A stretch of DNA of 64,000 nt. Source: Gammaproteobacteria bacterium (lineage in GTDB: Bacteria; Pseudomonadota; Gammaproteobacteria; Pseudomonadales; Litorivicinaceae). The stretch spans positions 35,769 to 99,768 of the forward strand of contig JAHEDY010000001.1 in the NCBI GenBank assembly GCA_024640985.1, in the 5' to 3' direction. A program made the position numbers and the translations under genes. Within the stretch, counting starts at the first letter, position 1. Every line of letters starts with the position of its first letter. This document shows positions 1 through 11,071 of this stretch, piece by piece. The notes beneath the pieces were generated by a model. That model saw nothing but the letters and a program-made list of their open reading frames with translations, did no database searches and had not been told where the DNA came from.

Positions 1-5
1 GGACG

Positions 6-29
6 AAAAGGGCGCTTAGGCGCCCTTTT
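6..29 (-). terminator. Rho-independent terminator of uvrA (usable in both directions)
   Basis: Perfect 10-bp stem aaaagggcgc / gcgccctttt (6-15 / 20-29) with loop TTAG. The uvrA stop codon (TAA, 18..16) sits in the loop. On the minus strand the stem is followed by TTTT. Confidence 0.6.
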
Positions 30-2850
30 CGCGTTCAAGCAGTGGTTTGAGGAATCGGCCTGTATGGGAGTGAGCGAGTTTAGCGATGTCCTCAGGCGTC
101 CCCTCAGCGATGATTTTTCCGCCACCAGAACCACCTTCAGGACCTAAGTCAATCACCCAATCTGCCGTCTTAATCACGTCAAGGTTGTGCTCGATCACCA
201 CGACGGTGTTGCCATGATCTCTCAGTCGATGCAGAACAGTGAGCAACTGCTGAATATCCTCGAAGTGCAAACCGGTAGTGGGCTCATCGAGAATATAGAG
301 CGTTCTTCCGGTATCGCGCTTGGACAATTCTCGAGCGAGTTTGACTCGCTGCGCTTCACCACCAGACAGAGTGGTCGCAGATTGTCCGAGCTTTAAATAT
401 GATAGTCCGACGTCGACCAGCGTCTGAAGCTTTCGCGCCAGGGTTGGGATTGCATCGAAGAACGCTCGCGCGTCCTCGACGGTCATCGCTAAGACGTCAT
501 GAATTGATTTTCCTTTGTAGAGAATATCCAAGGTTTCCCGATTGTATCGAAGCCCTTTACAGGTATCACACGGAACATAAATATCTGGCAAGAAGTGCAT
601 TTCGACTTTAATCATGCCATCACCCTGGCAGGTCTCGCAGCGCCCCCCTTTGACGTTAAAAGAGAAACGTCCTGGGGAATATCCGCGCGACCGAGCTTCC
701 TGAGTTTCTGCGAAAATTTCGCGGATCGGCGTGAATAAACCGGTGTAGGTTGCTGGATTTGAACGTGGTGTCCGACCAATCGGACTCTGGTCAATATCCA
801 CCACCTTGTCGAGTTCATGAATCCCATGACAGTGCTCAAACGGAGCTGACTTCAGCGTCGTGGCTTTGTTGAGGACCTTGGCGGTATGTGGGTAGAGGGT
901 TCGATTAATCAGCGTAGATTTGCCGGATCCTGATACACCAGTGACGCAGGTTAAAAGCCCCAGTGGCAGGTTTAAACTGACATTTTGGAGATTGTTTCCA
1001 GTACACCCTTCCAAGACCAGTTGATGATCTCCAAGCGGGGTCCGGCTATCGGGGATTGCGATGGCTTTCTTACCAGAAAGATATAACCCGGTAATAGAGT
1101 GTTCATTGTCCATCACGTCCTTCGGCGTTCCAGAGGCCACAATCTGACCGCCATGCACTCCCGCTCCCGGGCCGATATCGACCAGATAATCAGCACTCCG
1201 CATCGCGTCTTCGTCGTGTTCCACGACGATGACAGTATTCCCGAGATCCCTGAGATGGAAGAGTGTGTTGAGTAAACGTTCATTATCTCGCTGATGCAGA
1301 CCGATGGAGGGTTCATCTAAAATGTACATCACGCCGACCAGACCTGCCCCGATCTGACTGGCGAGTCGGATGCGTTGGGCTTCCCCACCGGATAGGGTCT
1401 CAGCACTTCGATCCAAAGAGAGATAATCAAGACCGACATTGACTAAGAAACCAAGCCGAGCTTGGATCTCTTTTAAAATCTTGTCGGCGATTTCTTGTCG
1501 TCGGCCTGGAAGATTTAACGAATCGAAGAATGCGAAGCATTCACCAATTGGCAATTTGACCAATTCTGGTAACCGGGTTTCCCCAATAAACACGTTGCGG
1601 GCTGCAACGTTGAGTCGGGAACCTCCACAATCTGGACAGGGTGCGTGGGTCATCAATTTTGACAGATCGTCGCGTTGCGACTGGCTATCTGTCTCTTTAT
1701 AGCGGCGTTCGAGATTGCGAATAACGCCTTCAAAAGGATGATTTTTGGTCACTTCCCGACCACGATCCGAGACGTAGCTGAAGTCGATCGATTCCGAGCC
1801 CGATCCGTATAAAATCTTATGTTGATGCTCTTCGGACAGATCCTGCCATTCGGTATCAATGCTGAATCCGTAATGACGCGCCACACACTTCAATAGATGG
1901 TAGTAATACATGCTCCGACGATCCCAGCCTTTGATGGCCCCGGACGACAGTGACAGTTCCAGATCGACTATCAGTCGATCGGGATCAAAAAATTGATGAA
2001 CACCTAAGCCATCGCAAGTCTGACATGCCCCAAACGGACTATTGAACGAAAAGATTCTCGGTTCAAGCTCGGCAATCGAGTACCCGCAGTGAGAGCAGGC
2101 GAATTTGGATGAAAACATCAGTGGCTGAAAGGCATCGTCCATCGACTGAATGATGATTTGACCATCGGAGAGGTTTAGTCCTGTTTCAATCGATTCGGCG
2201 AGGCGAAGGCGTTGCGAATTATCGACTTTCAATCGATCAACAACGGCATCGATCGAGTGTTTTTTCTTTTTATCGAGATGAGGGGCTTCGTCTAAATCAA
2301 TGACTAATCCATCGACACGAACACGAATGAAACCTTGAGATTTGAGCTCCTGAAAGACGTGGAGATGCTCGCCTTTCCGCTCGCTGATCATCGGTGCGAG
2401 CACCAGGATTTTCGAACCTTCTGGTAAAGCCAGCACTTGGTCAACCATTTGGCTGACTGTTTGAGCTTCGAGGCTTAGGTTGTGATCGGGGCATCGCGGT
2501 TCACCGGCCCGCGCGTAGAGTAGGCGTAAATAGTCATAAATTTCGGTGATTGTGCCGACAGTCGATCGCGGATTATGGCTGGTGGATTTTTGCTCGATCG
2601 AGATGGCGGGAGACAAGCCTTCAATATGGTCAACATCGGGCTTCTCCATCATTGATAGAAATTGCCGCGCATAGGCAGACAATGACTCAACGTATCGACG
2701 TTGACCTTCCGCGTACAGGGTGTCAAAAGCCAAAGAGGACTTTCCGGAGCCTGATAATCCGGTGATCACAATCAGTTGGTCGCGTGGCAGATCAAGTTGA
2801 ATATTCTTCAGATTGTGGGTGCGCGCCCCACGGATTTGTATTGAGTCCAC
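16..2850 (-). CDS. uvrA: Excinuclease ABC subunit A (UvrA)
   Basis: Two ABC ATPase modules ([14 protein letters not shown]; [10 protein letters not shown]; two LSGGE signatures), Zn-finger CxxC pairs, and an N-terminus [14 protein letters not shown] typical of UvrA. The ORF-track start (2919) adds a non-homologous leader. An in-frame GTG at 2850 gives the canonical N-terminus. Divergent from ssb, as in E. coli. Confidence 0.95.
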   Translation of the reverse strand: MDSIQIRGARTHNLKNIQLDLPRDQLIVITGLSGSGKSSLAFDTLYAEGQRRYVESLSAYARQFLSMMEKPDVDHIEGLSPAISIEQKSTSHNPRSTVGTITEIYDYLRLLYARAGEPRCPDHNLSLEAQTVSQMVDQVLALPEGSKILVLAPMISERKGEHLHVFQELKSQGFIRVRVDGLVIDLDEAPHLDKKKKHSIDAVVDRLKVDNSQRLRLAESIETGLNLSDGQIIIQSMDDAFQPLMFSSKFACSHCGYSIAELEPRIFSFNSPFGACQTCDGLGVHQFFDPDRLIVDLELSLSSGAIKGWDRRSMYYYHLLKCVARHYGFSIDTEWQDLSEEHQHKILYGSGSESIDFSYVSDRGREVTKNHPFEGVIRNLERRYKETDSQSQRDDLSKLMTHAPCPDCGGSRLNVAARNVFIGETRLPELVKLPIGECFAFFDSLNLPGRRQEIADKILKEIQARLGFLVNVGLDYLSLDRSAETLSGGEAQRIRLASQIGAGLVGVMYILDEPSIGLHQRDNERLLNTLFHLRDLGNTVIVVEHDEDAMRSADYLVDIGPGAGVHGGQIVASGTPKDVMDNEHSITGLYLSGKKAIAIPDSRTPLGDHQLVLEGCTGNNLQNVSLNLPLGLLTCVTGVSGSGKSTLINRTLYPHTAKVLNKATTLKSAPFEHCHGIHELDKVVDIDQSPIGRTPRSNPATYTGLFTPIREIFAETQEARSRGYSPGRFSFNVKGGRCETCQGDGMIKVEMHFLPDIYVPCDTCKGLRYNRETLDILYKGKSIHDVLAMTVEDARAFFDAIPTLARKLQTLVDVGLSYLKLGQSATTLSGGEAQRVKLARELSKRDTGRTLYILDEPTTGLHFEDIQQLLTVLHRLRDHGNTVVVIEHNLDVIKTADWVIDLGPEGGSGGGKIIAEGTPEDIAKLAHSHTGRFLKPLLEREKGA

Positions 2851-3026
2851 AGCAATCCGTATTAATAATGACAAAAGTACCAGTGTACCTGTTGATTGGG
2901 TTTTTATGCATGGATTCAATGCAGAAAATCAGAACTGTCGGACAAGCCTCGGCGATTGTCGCTGACACCGGCTTGTCCGTGCTACATTACGCTGTATTCG
3001 AAGTATTGCTCACATAGGATGAATTC

Positions 3027-3497
3027 ATGGCCCGCTCAGTCAACAAAGTCACCTTGATTGGAAATCTTGGTAACGATCCGGAAATGAAAGCACTGCCGTC
3101 TGGCAGTCAGGTTGCGAACTTAAGCATTGCGACGACAGATTCATGGCGCGATCGGACCAGTGGCGAAATGCAAGAGCGGACTGAATGGCATCGCGTGGTG
3201 TGTTTTGATCGTCTTGCGGAGATTTGTGGTCAATATCTTCGCAAGGGCTCACGGATTTACATCGAAGGTAGCTTGAGAACTCGGTCTTGGGAACAAGACG
3301 GGCAGAAGCGCTATGCGACAGAGATCGTCGGTCGTGAAATGATGATGCTTGACGGCCGCGGGGAAGGTGACGTGAGTGCACCGTCGCCGATGCAATCCCG
3401 ACCACAAACGAGCTCTGCTCCACAACAACAGGCGGCTCCTCAGCCTGTCAGCCAGCCGATGCCTGATCCTAATATCGATGACGAAATCCCCTTCTAA
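3027..3497 (+). CDS. ssb: Single-stranded DNA-binding protein
   Basis: OB-fold N-terminus ([15 protein letters not shown]...TEWHRVV), a Pro/Gln-rich linker and the canonical acidic tail DDEIPF. Confidence 0.95.
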   Translation: MARSVNKVTLIGNLGNDPEMKALPSGSQVANLSIATTDSWRDRTSGEMQERTEWHRVVCFDRLAEICGQYLRKGSRIYIEGSLRTRSWEQDGQKRYATEIVGREMMMLDGRGEGDVSAPSPMQSRPQTSSAPQQQAAPQPVSQPMPDPNIDDEIPF

Positions 3498-3537
3498 GCC
3501 AGCGAGCTTCGAGGACGAGTCAGATCATCGATTTCCA

Positions 3538-4440
3538 ATGGCTCGCGTGCTCGTCATTGGTGGAGAGACCAGTTTAGCGGCGGCATTTTTTGAAGCTGAG
3601 TCAAGCGGTGGTCAACAGCGGATCGTATTACCGAGTTCTGTCAACTTGGCAGATGATCGTGAGATTTTTGAATCCATTCGGATGCGTCGACCCGATTTCG
3701 TGGTCAACTGTATGGTGGAGTCTGGGGTCGACCGGGCCGAGTTAGACCCCACCGAATGCCGTCAGATCAATCATGACTTACCCGTCAGTCTGGCGATCGC
3801 ATGCCGAGAGTTTGATACGACTCTGGTGCAGCTGTCGACGGACTATATTTTTGATGGGCAGAAGGACATCGCCTACTTCGAGGATGATGCCCCGAGTCCG
3901 TTGAACCTTTACGGGCAAACACGTCTTGAAGCAGAGCGCGACATTGAAAGCCTTTTGGATCGCCGAGTGATCTTGCGGGTATCTCATTTATTTGCACCGG
4001 GACCCAATAGCTTTGTGGCGAGTCTCTTAGATCGCGCACGTGTTGAATCTGAATTGCCGATGATTCAAGACGAACGCGGCTGTCCAACATCAGTGTTTGA
4101 TGTCGGTCGTGTGATTTCCGCGGTGATTGATCAATTGCACGCAGGTGCCGGAGCTTACGGTGTGTATCACGTCGGTTGTCAGGGCGATGCCTCGTGGCTC
4201 GAGCTTGGCGAATGCATCATCGCGCAGGCCCGGCAATTTGAAGACTTGGCTGTTGAGGAAATTCTTGGAATTTCAGGTCAGTCCATTCAAGGCCGTGCAG
4301 AACGACCTCGGCGTCTGGTGTTATCAACGCGAAAGCTTTTGTATACCTTTGGCATCAAGCCAAGGCCATGGAGACAAGAGTTGGCAGACACCGTAGAACG
4401 GCACTACGCAATAGAAGGAGCCTCTTATGCGGCGGTTTGA
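3538..4440 (+). CDS. RmlD-like NAD(P)-dependent reductase (dTDP-4-dehydrorhamnose reductase family SDR)
   Basis: LVIGG nucleotide-binding start and an STDYIFDG motif characteristic of the RmlD substrate-binding domain. I chose the ATG at 3538 because the ORF-track start at 3376 overlaps ssb. No rmlABC genes are nearby, so the true substrate is uncertain. Confidence 0.65.
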   Translation: MARVLVIGGETSLAAAFFEAESSGGQQRIVLPSSVNLADDREIFESIRMRRPDFVVNCMVESGVDRAELDPTECRQINHDLPVSLAIACREFDTTLVQLSTDYIFDGQKDIAYFEDDAPSPLNLYGQTRLEAERDIESLLDRRVILRVSHLFAPGPNSFVASLLDRARVESELPMIQDERGCPTSVFDVGRVISAVIDQLHAGAGAYGVYHVGCQGDASWLELGECIIAQARQFEDLAVEEILGISGQSIQGRAERPRRLVLSTRKLLYTFGIKPRPWRQELADTVERHYAIEGASYAAV

Positions 4441-4535
4441 CTCAAGCTCTGTGATTCGTCAACGGATGCATCGGTTGAAGAAGCGAAAGACCATTCTCAG
4501 AAGACAACAAAGTCTCCGAGAGAAAATGTTACTCG

Positions 4536-5135
4536 CTAAGCCTGAGGATCAGTTAGCTGATACGCAGGAACCATTTGCTGGAATTGAGTCAACCACAGAG
4601 CAAGATCAGTAAATCGCGTTCTCCATTCGCCTGAGAACCGAAAATCTAAATATCCCAGTGAGACAGCCAAACCGATTTGATCCAAGGTCGGTGTTGATTG
4701 CACTGAGGTAATGTTTTCAGTCCACCACTTTAACCCGCCAAGGACCTTCTGGTTCTGCCGGTGCAGCCAGTCAGCATTGATCTGAGAGGGTTCTCTAAAG
4801 CGTCGTTCATAAACCATCAAGAGTGCGGCTTCAGTGATTCCGTCTGCAATCGCGGCGCGACTTAAGTAGTCAATACGATGATCTTCAGGAAGCATTTCTG
4901 TCCGCCCTGAGGCTTGGATGAGATATTCACAGATGACCTTTGAATCGACGATCAACTCCCCTGACTCCAGTGCTAATGTCGGTATCTTATTCAGCGGATT
5001 GGGATTGATCTGAGCGCTCTCAGGATCATTACCGTCAATGGTGACCACCTCTAGCTGATCATAAAGACCAGTGAGATGGGCTGTGATTTTGACTTTTCGA
5101 CCAAAGGGAGAAGGTGATGACGAGTACAGCCGCAT
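4536..5135 (-). CDS. Glutathione S-transferase family protein
   Basis: Thioredoxin-like N-domain ([17 protein letters not shown]..., KIPTL..., ESKVICEYL) plus a helical C-domain. Its start ATG overlaps the fabB stop (TAATG). Confidence 0.7.
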   Translation of the reverse strand: MRLYSSSPSPFGRKVKITAHLTGLYDQLEVVTIDGNDPESAQINPNPLNKIPTLALESGELIVDSKVICEYLIQASGRTEMLPEDHRIDYLSRAAIADGITEAALLMVYERRFREPSQINADWLHRQNQKVLGGLKWWTENITSVQSTPTLDQIGLAVSLGYLDFRFSGEWRTRFTDLALWLTQFQQMVPAYQLTDPQA

Positions 5136-6346
5136 TAACTGAGTTTCTGGAAGGTCATACAGGCATTGGTCCCGCCAAATCCAAATGAATTTGAGAGGAT
5201 AGTATTGAGCGGTTGGTCGATCCGCTCAAGCGCAATGGGCATCCCATCTGCTCCAGGATCGAGTGTTTCAATGTTCGCTGATGCTGCGATGAAATCGTTT
5301 TGCATCATTAAGATGGAATAAATCGCTTCCTGAACACCGGCTGCGCCTAAGGAATGCCCTGACAGCGACTTTGTTGAACCGATGATTGGCGCATTGGACC
5401 CAAAGACGGTTTTGATGGCATTGAGCTCGACGATATCGCCGACAGGTGTCGATGTCCCATGCGCATTAATATAGTCTATCGGACCCTCGACGTTTTCGGT
5501 GGCCAGTTGCATGCACCGAATTGCGCCTTCGCCTGATGGTGCAACCATGTCAGCACCATCACTGGTTGCCCCGTAGCCAACGATTTCCGCATAGATGGTT
5601 GCCCCACGCGCTTTGGCGTGTTCGTACTCTTCGAGTACTAAGGCGCCACCACCACCTGCAATCACGAAACCATCGCGATTGGCATCATAAGCTCGGGACG
5701 CTTGTGAAGGCGTATCATTGTACTTAGACGAGAGCGCTCCCATCGCATCAAACAGACACGACAGCGTCCAGTGTTCTTCTTCACCGCCACCGGCAAACAC
5801 AATATCTTGTTTGCCAAGTTGGATCTGCTCCATGGCGTTACCCATACAGTGCAAACTGGTCGAGCAGGCAGATGACATGGAGTAATTCACACCTTTGATT
5901 TGAAATGCGGTGGCTAGATTCGCAGATACCGTTGAACCCATGGTCTGAGTCACTCGGTAGGGACCAACACGTTTGACGCCACGTTCTCGCAGAATATCGG
6001 CAGCCTCGACTTGGCTTTGCGAGGAGGCGCCGCCAGATCCCATGACCAACCCAGTTCTTGGGTTACTCACGTCTGATGACTCAAGGCCTGCATCGTTGAT
6101 TGCTTGTTGTAATGATAGGTAGGCATAGGCTGCGGCATTCCCCATAAACCGGAGGAGTTTTCGATCAATATGCTCAGAAAGATCCAAGTCAATGGAGCCG
6201 GAAATTTGGCTTCTCATGCCGAGTTCTGCATAAGTGGGGTTGGCAGTAATTCCTGAGCGACCTAGTCGAAGACTCTCAGTGACGGCCTTTGCATCAAGGC
6301 CAAGGCAGGAGGTGATTCCCAGTCCAGTGATGACTACTCTACGCAT
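5135..6346 (-). CDS. fabB: 3-oxoacyl-ACP synthase I (KAS I)
   Basis: Thiolase-fold condensing enzyme with active-site SSACSTS, HGTSTP and GHSLGAAG motifs. It lies directly downstream of fabA. Confidence 0.9.
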   Translation of the reverse strand: MRRVVITGLGITSCLGLDAKAVTESLRLGRSGITANPTYAELGMRSQISGSIDLDLSEHIDRKLLRFMGNAAAYAYLSLQQAINDAGLESSDVSNPRTGLVMGSGGASSQSQVEAADILRERGVKRVGPYRVTQTMGSTVSANLATAFQIKGVNYSMSSACSTSLHCMGNAMEQIQLGKQDIVFAGGGEEEHWTLSCLFDAMGALSSKYNDTPSQASRAYDANRDGFVIAGGGGALVLEEYEHAKARGATIYAEIVGYGATSDGADMVAPSGEGAIRCMQLATENVEGPIDYINAHGTSTPVGDIVELNAIKTVFGSNAPIIGSTKSLSGHSLGAAGVQEAIYSILMMQNDFIAASANIETLDPGADGMPIALERIDQPLNTILSNSFGFGGTNACMTFQKLS

Positions 6347-6376
6347 ACTGACTCCTTTCTCGTCGTGCGTTTGTTA

Positions 6377-6886
6377 TTAGAATCCGTCAGTCGATGTGAA
6401 TAGGCCGACTTTCAGGTCAGTGGCGTGATAAATCGCACGACCATCGACGCGAACCACCCCGTCGCCGAGACCCATGACTAAAGAACGCGCGATCACGCGT
6501 TTCATTTCAATTTCGTAAGTCACGGTCTTCGCGGTTGGTAGGATCTGGCCTGTAAATTTGACTTCGCCGACACCCAGTGCGCGTCCCTTTCCAGGATGCC
6601 CGCTCCAGCCAAGGAAAAAGCCAACGAGCTGCCACATGGCGTCGAGTCCTAAACAACCAGGCATCACCGGATCACCAGGGAAATGACACGCAAAAAACCA
6701 AAGACTGGGATCAATATCGAGTTCAGCGATCATGTGACCTTTTCCATGCTGTCCACCGTCTGATGTGATGGTGGTAATCCGATCCATCATCAGCATGTTC
6801 GGCGCGGGCAGTTTCGCATTCCCTTCACCGAATAATTTGCCGTGTGCGCAGTCGAGAAGTTCTTCCCGGTTGTATTGATTTTGCAT
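6377..6886 (-). CDS. fabA: 3-hydroxydecanoyl-ACP dehydratase/isomerase
   Basis: Hot-dog fold with [24 protein letters not shown] (FabA catalytic His/Asp region). I chose the ATG at 6886 ([11 protein letters not shown]...), giving about 169 aa. The upstream extension to 7021 has no homology. Confidence 0.9.
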   Translation of the reverse strand: MQNQYNREELLDCAHGKLFGEGNAKLPAPNMLMMDRITTITSDGGQHGKGHMIAELDIDPSLWFFACHFPGDPVMPGCLGLDAMWQLVGFFLGWSGHPGKGRALGVGEVKFTGQILPTAKTVTYEIEMKRVIARSLVMGLGDGVVRVDGRAIYHATDLKVGLFTSTDGF

Positions 6887-7069
6887 TAATCCTCGTAGCC
6901 TCTTGGGGCAGCTATGATCAAAAACAGAAGTGTACCAGAAACCCGGCTTGAGGCTGAATGATGTGCAGTTTTTGCATGAGATGGTCGTTTCATCCTTTCT
7001 GAGAATACGTTTTTCGAGCACTTCTGGTAGGCTTCAGATCCCATCTCAACAACGAAGGATGATGACCTC

Positions 7070-8584
7070 ATGACCGCGATTCGCCAGGACGATTTGATCG
7101 ATAGTGTCGCCGATGCACTTCAGTTTATTTCCTACTACCACCCGGTGGATTTTATCCAAGCAGTGAATGAAGCTTATGAGCGTGAAGAATCGCCTGCAGC
7201 GAAGGATGCGTTGGCACAAATTCTGATCAATTCGCGAATGTCAGCGATGGGTCATCGGCCGTTATGTCAGGACACCGGAATTGTCACCGTCTTCATCAAA
7301 GTTGGTATGCATGTGACTTGGGATGGGGCAACCATGTCTGTCACTGACATGATTAATGAGGGTGTGCGCCGAGCGTACACGCATCCGGATAACGTGCTGC
7401 GCGCATCGATTCTTGAGGACCCCGATGGCGCACGGAAGAACACTAAAGATAATACACCGGCCGTGATTCACTACGAGATTGTTGAAGGTGATACGGTTGA
7501 TGTTCAAGTCGCGGCGAAGGGTGGTGGATCGGAAAATAAATCGAAGATGGTCATGCTGAATCCGTCGGATTCGATTGTTGATTGGGTCGTCAAAACTGTG
7601 CCCACCATGGGCGCAGGGTGGTGTCCGCCAGGGATGCTTGGGATTGGGATCGGTGGCACAGCCGAAAAAGCGGCGGTGATGGCGAAAGAATCACTGATGG
7701 ATCCGATTGATATTCATGAGTTGCGCGAGCGAGGTCCAAGGACCCGTGCGGAAGAGCTCCGTCTGGAGATTTTTGAAGCGGTAAACAATTTAGGGATTGG
7801 CGCCCAGGGTCTTGGTGGATTGACGACCGTTTTGGACATTAAGATTAAAGACTATCCAACGCATGCGGCGTCAAAGCCTGTCGCGATGATCCCGAATTGT
7901 GCAGCAACCCGGCACGCGCATTTTGTTTTGGATGGGTCAGGCCCTGCACTGCAGAAAGCGCCATCGATCGATCAGTGGCCTGATATTACTTGGGACGTTG
8001 GCCCGAGTGCGCGCCGGGTGAATCTCGATACCTTAACGCGTGATGAGGTGACGTCTTGGAAGCCAGGTGAGACGTTATTGTTAAGTGGAGTCATGCTGAC
8101 TGGTCGTGATGCTGCCCATCAACGGATTGTGGCCATGCTCAACCGGGGTGAAACTCTGCCTGTCGACTTGTCGGGTAAGGTGATTTATTACGTTGGGCCC
8201 GTGGACCCGGTTCGGGATGAAGTGGTTGGACCGGCGGGTCCTACGACCTCGACTCGAATGGATAAGTTCACCGATCAAGTTCTCGAGCAAACAGGGCTGT
8301 TTGCGATGGTTGGTAAGGCGGAACGTGGGCCTGTTGCGATCGAGGCCATTAAGAAACATCAGGCGGCCTATCTGATGGCTGTCGGTGGTGCGGCTTACCT
8401 GGTTGCGCAAGCGATTAAATCTTCCCGCATTATTGCGTTTGAGGATTTGGGTATGGAGGCGATTCACGAATTTGTGGTGGAAGACATGCCTGTGACTGTT
8501 GCCGTTGACGCAGAAGGAACCAGTGTTCACCAGACGGGTCCGGCGGAGTGGGCACAAAAAATCTTGGCCAAAAACATTGGATAG
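7070..8584 (+). CDS. Class I (Fe-S) fumarate hydratase, fused alpha/beta type
   Basis: CQDTGIV and NCAATRH Fe-S hydro-lyase motifs in the N-terminal half, and GPAGPTTSTRMD plus KAERG in the C-terminal half. About 504 aa single-chain form. Confidence 0.85.
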   Translation: MTAIRQDDLIDSVADALQFISYYHPVDFIQAVNEAYEREESPAAKDALAQILINSRMSAMGHRPLCQDTGIVTVFIKVGMHVTWDGATMSVTDMINEGVRRAYTHPDNVLRASILEDPDGARKNTKDNTPAVIHYEIVEGDTVDVQVAAKGGGSENKSKMVMLNPSDSIVDWVVKTVPTMGAGWCPPGMLGIGIGGTAEKAAVMAKESLMDPIDIHELRERGPRTRAEELRLEIFEAVNNLGIGAQGLGGLTTVLDIKIKDYPTHAASKPVAMIPNCAATRHAHFVLDGSGPALQKAPSIDQWPDITWDVGPSARRVNLDTLTRDEVTSWKPGETLLLSGVMLTGRDAAHQRIVAMLNRGETLPVDLSGKVIYYVGPVDPVRDEVVGPAGPTTSTRMDKFTDQVLEQTGLFAMVGKAERGPVAIEAIKKHQAAYLMAVGGAAYLVAQAIKSSRIIAFEDLGMEAIHEFVVEDMPVTVAVDAEGTSVHQTGPAEWAQKILAKNIG

Positions 8585-8686
8585 CTCGGATGGTCGCTGA
8601 GAGAATCGACCTCAACGAACTCTTGATGCTGTGTTTTTGCGTGATAAACTGTTGTTCTACTTGAGTAAAAATTAATCAGAGAGGTG

Positions 8687-8950
8687 ATGATGGAGCGCGC
8701 CCCTCAGGATTGGAAAAAAGAGCTGAAAAGTGGAGTTCAGGTGCTGACGCGCACCTTTCAGTTCGATGATTTCAGTCAAGCGATGGCGTTTGCGACCCGT
8801 GTTGGTGAAGCTGCTGATGCTGCAGACCACCATCCGGAAATTACGGTGAGTTGGGGCCGTGTGCGGGTCGATTGGTGGTCTCATGATGCAAAAGGTGTGA
8901 CGTCTCGCGATATTTCGCTTGCCGAGACGACCAATCGATTGTATTCATAG
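8687..8950 (+). CDS. phhB: Pterin-4a-carbinolamine dehydratase
   Basis: The DHHPEI motif and about 87 aa size are typical of PCD/DCoH. An RBS (AGAGAGG) lies at 8677-8683. Start is ambiguous among GTG 8684, ATG 8687 and ATG 8690. Confidence 0.8.
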   Translation: MMERAPQDWKKELKSGVQVLTRTFQFDDFSQAMAFATRVGEAADAADHHPEITVSWGRVRVDWWSHDAKGVTSRDISLAETTNRLYS

Positions 8951-8982
8951 CGCCGCTTTTGATCTCTACCGCGGAGGGTTCC

Positions 8983-10038
8983 ATGCGGATTGCTTTTGTT
9001 GTGGCCGATTGGACCGAGATGACGCCTGGAAAGAGTTCAACACTCGCCATGATTCGTGAGGCCGTGGCTCGTGGTCATCAAACCTATATTTTGTATCCCA
9101 GAAACCTGACTGTGCGCGATAACGTGGCTTATGGCTTTGCTCGTCGTGTCAATGTTGAGGGCAAGGTGTCTGATTCGGTGCCAACGTTTTATAAGAAGGT
9201 CACCCTCTCTGAGAAAATGCTGCCACTTCATTCACTGGATGCCATTTTTGTTCGTCGGGATCCGCCACTTGATCCAATTGTTCTGAATTTCCTTGATTCC
9301 ATCAAAGCAGAGACAGTGGTTCTGAATGACGTGGATGGCATTCGTAAGGCAAACAATAAAATTTATACCACCAGCTTCCATACCGTTGGACCTGAGTATC
9401 TTCCAGAAACTTACGTCTCTAAAAACAAAGAATATTTGAAACGAATCATTCGGGAATCTGACCGAGATTGTTGGATTCTGAAGCCGTTAGATGGATCCGG
9501 TGGGCGCGGCGTCATTCTCCTAGAGACCAAAGCCCAGGGGTCGCTGAATTCATTACTCGATTTTTACATCGATTCGAATCATGGCCAGAGTAACTACGTC
9601 ATTCTCCAAGAATATCTTGAAGCCGCTCAAGAAGGCGATGTTCGAGTGTTGATGTTGGGCGGAGAATATCTAGGAGCTTATCAACGTCGACCGTCACCTG
9701 ACGATATTCGAGCCAATATCCAAGCTGGTGCAACAGCGCACGCGGTGACGTTATCAGACGAACAGCATCAACTGCTTCGGAAAATTGGTCCGCAATTGAT
9801 GGCTGATGGACTGCACTTCGTGGGTTTAGATTTAATCGGCAATAAGCTTTTAGAGGTGAATGTTCTAAACCCAGGCGGCATTACTAACATCAATCGCCTG
9901 AATCGAAAAAAGCTCGAAAAGAAGGTCCTTGATTATGTTGAGCGCCTGGTCGCAGAGCGTCACGCGAAGCACTCGGAGTTGGAGCTACGGTTGAGTCGAC
10001 TGGCAGAACTTCGGCAGCACCTCGACGGCGCGCATTAG
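8983..10038 (+). CDS. Glutathione synthetase-like ATP-grasp enzyme
   Basis: N-terminus MRIAFVV...SSTLAMIREAVARGH matches the GshB N-domain. ATP-grasp core (ILKPLDGSGGRGV, DVRVLMLGGE, LEVNVLNPGG). ATG at 8983 is preceded by GGAGG. Carries an extra C-terminal coiled-coil-like tail of about 35 aa. Confidence 0.65.
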   Translation: MRIAFVVADWTEMTPGKSSTLAMIREAVARGHQTYILYPRNLTVRDNVAYGFARRVNVEGKVSDSVPTFYKKVTLSEKMLPLHSLDAIFVRRDPPLDPIVLNFLDSIKAETVVLNDVDGIRKANNKIYTTSFHTVGPEYLPETYVSKNKEYLKRIIRESDRDCWILKPLDGSGGRGVILLETKAQGSLNSLLDFYIDSNHGQSNYVILQEYLEAAQEGDVRVLMLGGEYLGAYQRRPSPDDIRANIQAGATAHAVTLSDEQHQLLRKIGPQLMADGLHFVGLDLIGNKLLEVNVLNPGGITNINRLNRKKLEKKVLDYVERLVAERHAKHSELELRLSRLAELRQHLDGAH

Positions 10039-11027
10039 GCGCGCACGTCAATCAGAATCCGTCCTGACACTTCATTGTTAATGAGTTGCTCAGCGGTGTC
10101 TTTCACGTCTTCAAGCCCAATGGTCCGTGTGCTGGCATCGAGTTGATCGGTGGTGACGTTTTCTGACAATAATTGCCACGCGCGTTCACGAGCTTCTGTG
10201 GGTGCATGAACTGAATCGACACCCTGTAACCGAATGTTTCTCAAGATAAAGGGGAAGACGGTTGTAGAGAGCTGGAAGCCACCGGCATTTCCGGTGGCTG
10301 CAATGACACCGTTATACATGATCTGAGGAATTAAGGTCGCAAGGATCTGGCCGCCTGCGGTATCAATTGCACCGGCAAATCGGGTGCTTTCTAATGGTTT
10401 TGGATCGCGAGTGAAATCGGCTCGATCGAGAATTTCTGTGGCGCCCAATTGTTTCAATCGCGCATGTTCGGACTCACGGCCGGTAATCGCATGCACTTCA
10501 TAGCCTAGGGTGGACAGTACGGTGGTGGCGATGCCTCCGACGCCGCCACCGGCTCCAGAGACTGCGATGGGGCCATCAGCGGGTTTGAGGCCAGAATCCA
10601 ATAGCGCGATGACGCAAAGCATCCCCGTCAGACCACCGGTCCCAAATTGCATCGCTTGACGACTGTCCAGCGCATGAGGTGTCTTAACGAGATAAGAGCC
10701 AGGTACCCGAACTTGTTCTGACATTCCGCCGGTGTGTGTTTCGCCAACACCGTGTCCGGTCAGAATCACGTGCTCGCCAGGATGAAACTGTGGGTCATCA
10801 GATTCCAAGACCACACCGGCTGCATCAATACCCGGAATCATTGGGAAATGACGGATAATTTTTCCTTTGCCCGTCACAGCCAGCGCGTCTTTGTAGTTGA
10901 GGGAACTGAATTCATTGGCAATCAACACATTCCCGGTGGAGAGATCATCAGCAGTTAGGCGCTCAATCTTCACGTCTGGAGTCGCAGTGTCTGTTTGGTG
11001 TAAGCGGAGTGCGCGAAAGTCATTCAT
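10035..11027 (-). CDS. YhdH/AcuI-family NADPH:quinone (acrylyl-CoA) oxidoreductase
   Basis: MDR zinc-free family pattern: SSLNYKDALA, IPGIDAAG, GAGGGVG Rossmann motif. ATG at 11027 with AAGGA upstream. Its stop overlaps the convergent 8983-10038 stop. Confidence 0.8.
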   Translation of the reverse strand: MNDFRALRLHQTDTATPDVKIERLTADDLSTGNVLIANEFSSLNYKDALAVTGKGKIIRHFPMIPGIDAAGVVLESDDPQFHPGEHVILTGHGVGETHTGGMSEQVRVPGSYLVKTPHALDSRQAMQFGTGGLTGMLCVIALLDSGLKPADGPIAVSGAGGGVGGIATTVLSTLGYEVHAITGRESEHARLKQLGATEILDRADFTRDPKPLESTRFAGAIDTAGGQILATLIPQIMYNGVIAATGNAGGFQLSTTVFPFILRNIRLQGVDSVHAPTEARERAWQLLSENVTTDQLDASTRTIGLEDVKDTAEQLINNEVSGRILIDVRA

Positions 11028-11071
11028 GGGGAATATCCTTATCAATTTCCCCTAATGGTAGGGTGTTTTAA

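Noticed and set aside
2851-3026. Expected LexA (SOS) box in the uvrA<>ssb divergent promoter region.
   Set aside because: No CTGT-N8-ACAG match is present. Several CTGT half-sites occur (2889, 2935, 2992), but none has a partner ACAG at the right spacing. I cannot support an SOS box from the sequence alone.
3376-3537. N-terminal extension of the RmlD-like ORF (track start 3376).
   Set aside because: It overlaps the last 120 nt of ssb in another frame and has no Rossmann-fold homology. The ATG at 3538 gives the canonical MARVLVIGG start.
4427-4612. 61-aa very basic/acidic ORF bridging the RmlD-like and GST genes.
   Set aside because: It overlaps the GST 3' end by 77 nt on the opposite strand, has low-complexity composition and shows no recognisable family. 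It is probably a chance ORF.
6925-7026. 8-bp inverted repeat CAGAAGTG / CACTTCTG in the fabA upstream region as a FabR/DesT-type operator.
   Set aside because: The arms are about 86 nt apart, which is too far for a dimeric operator, and an 8-mer match in about 180 bp could be chance. It does not resemble the operator sequences I remember.
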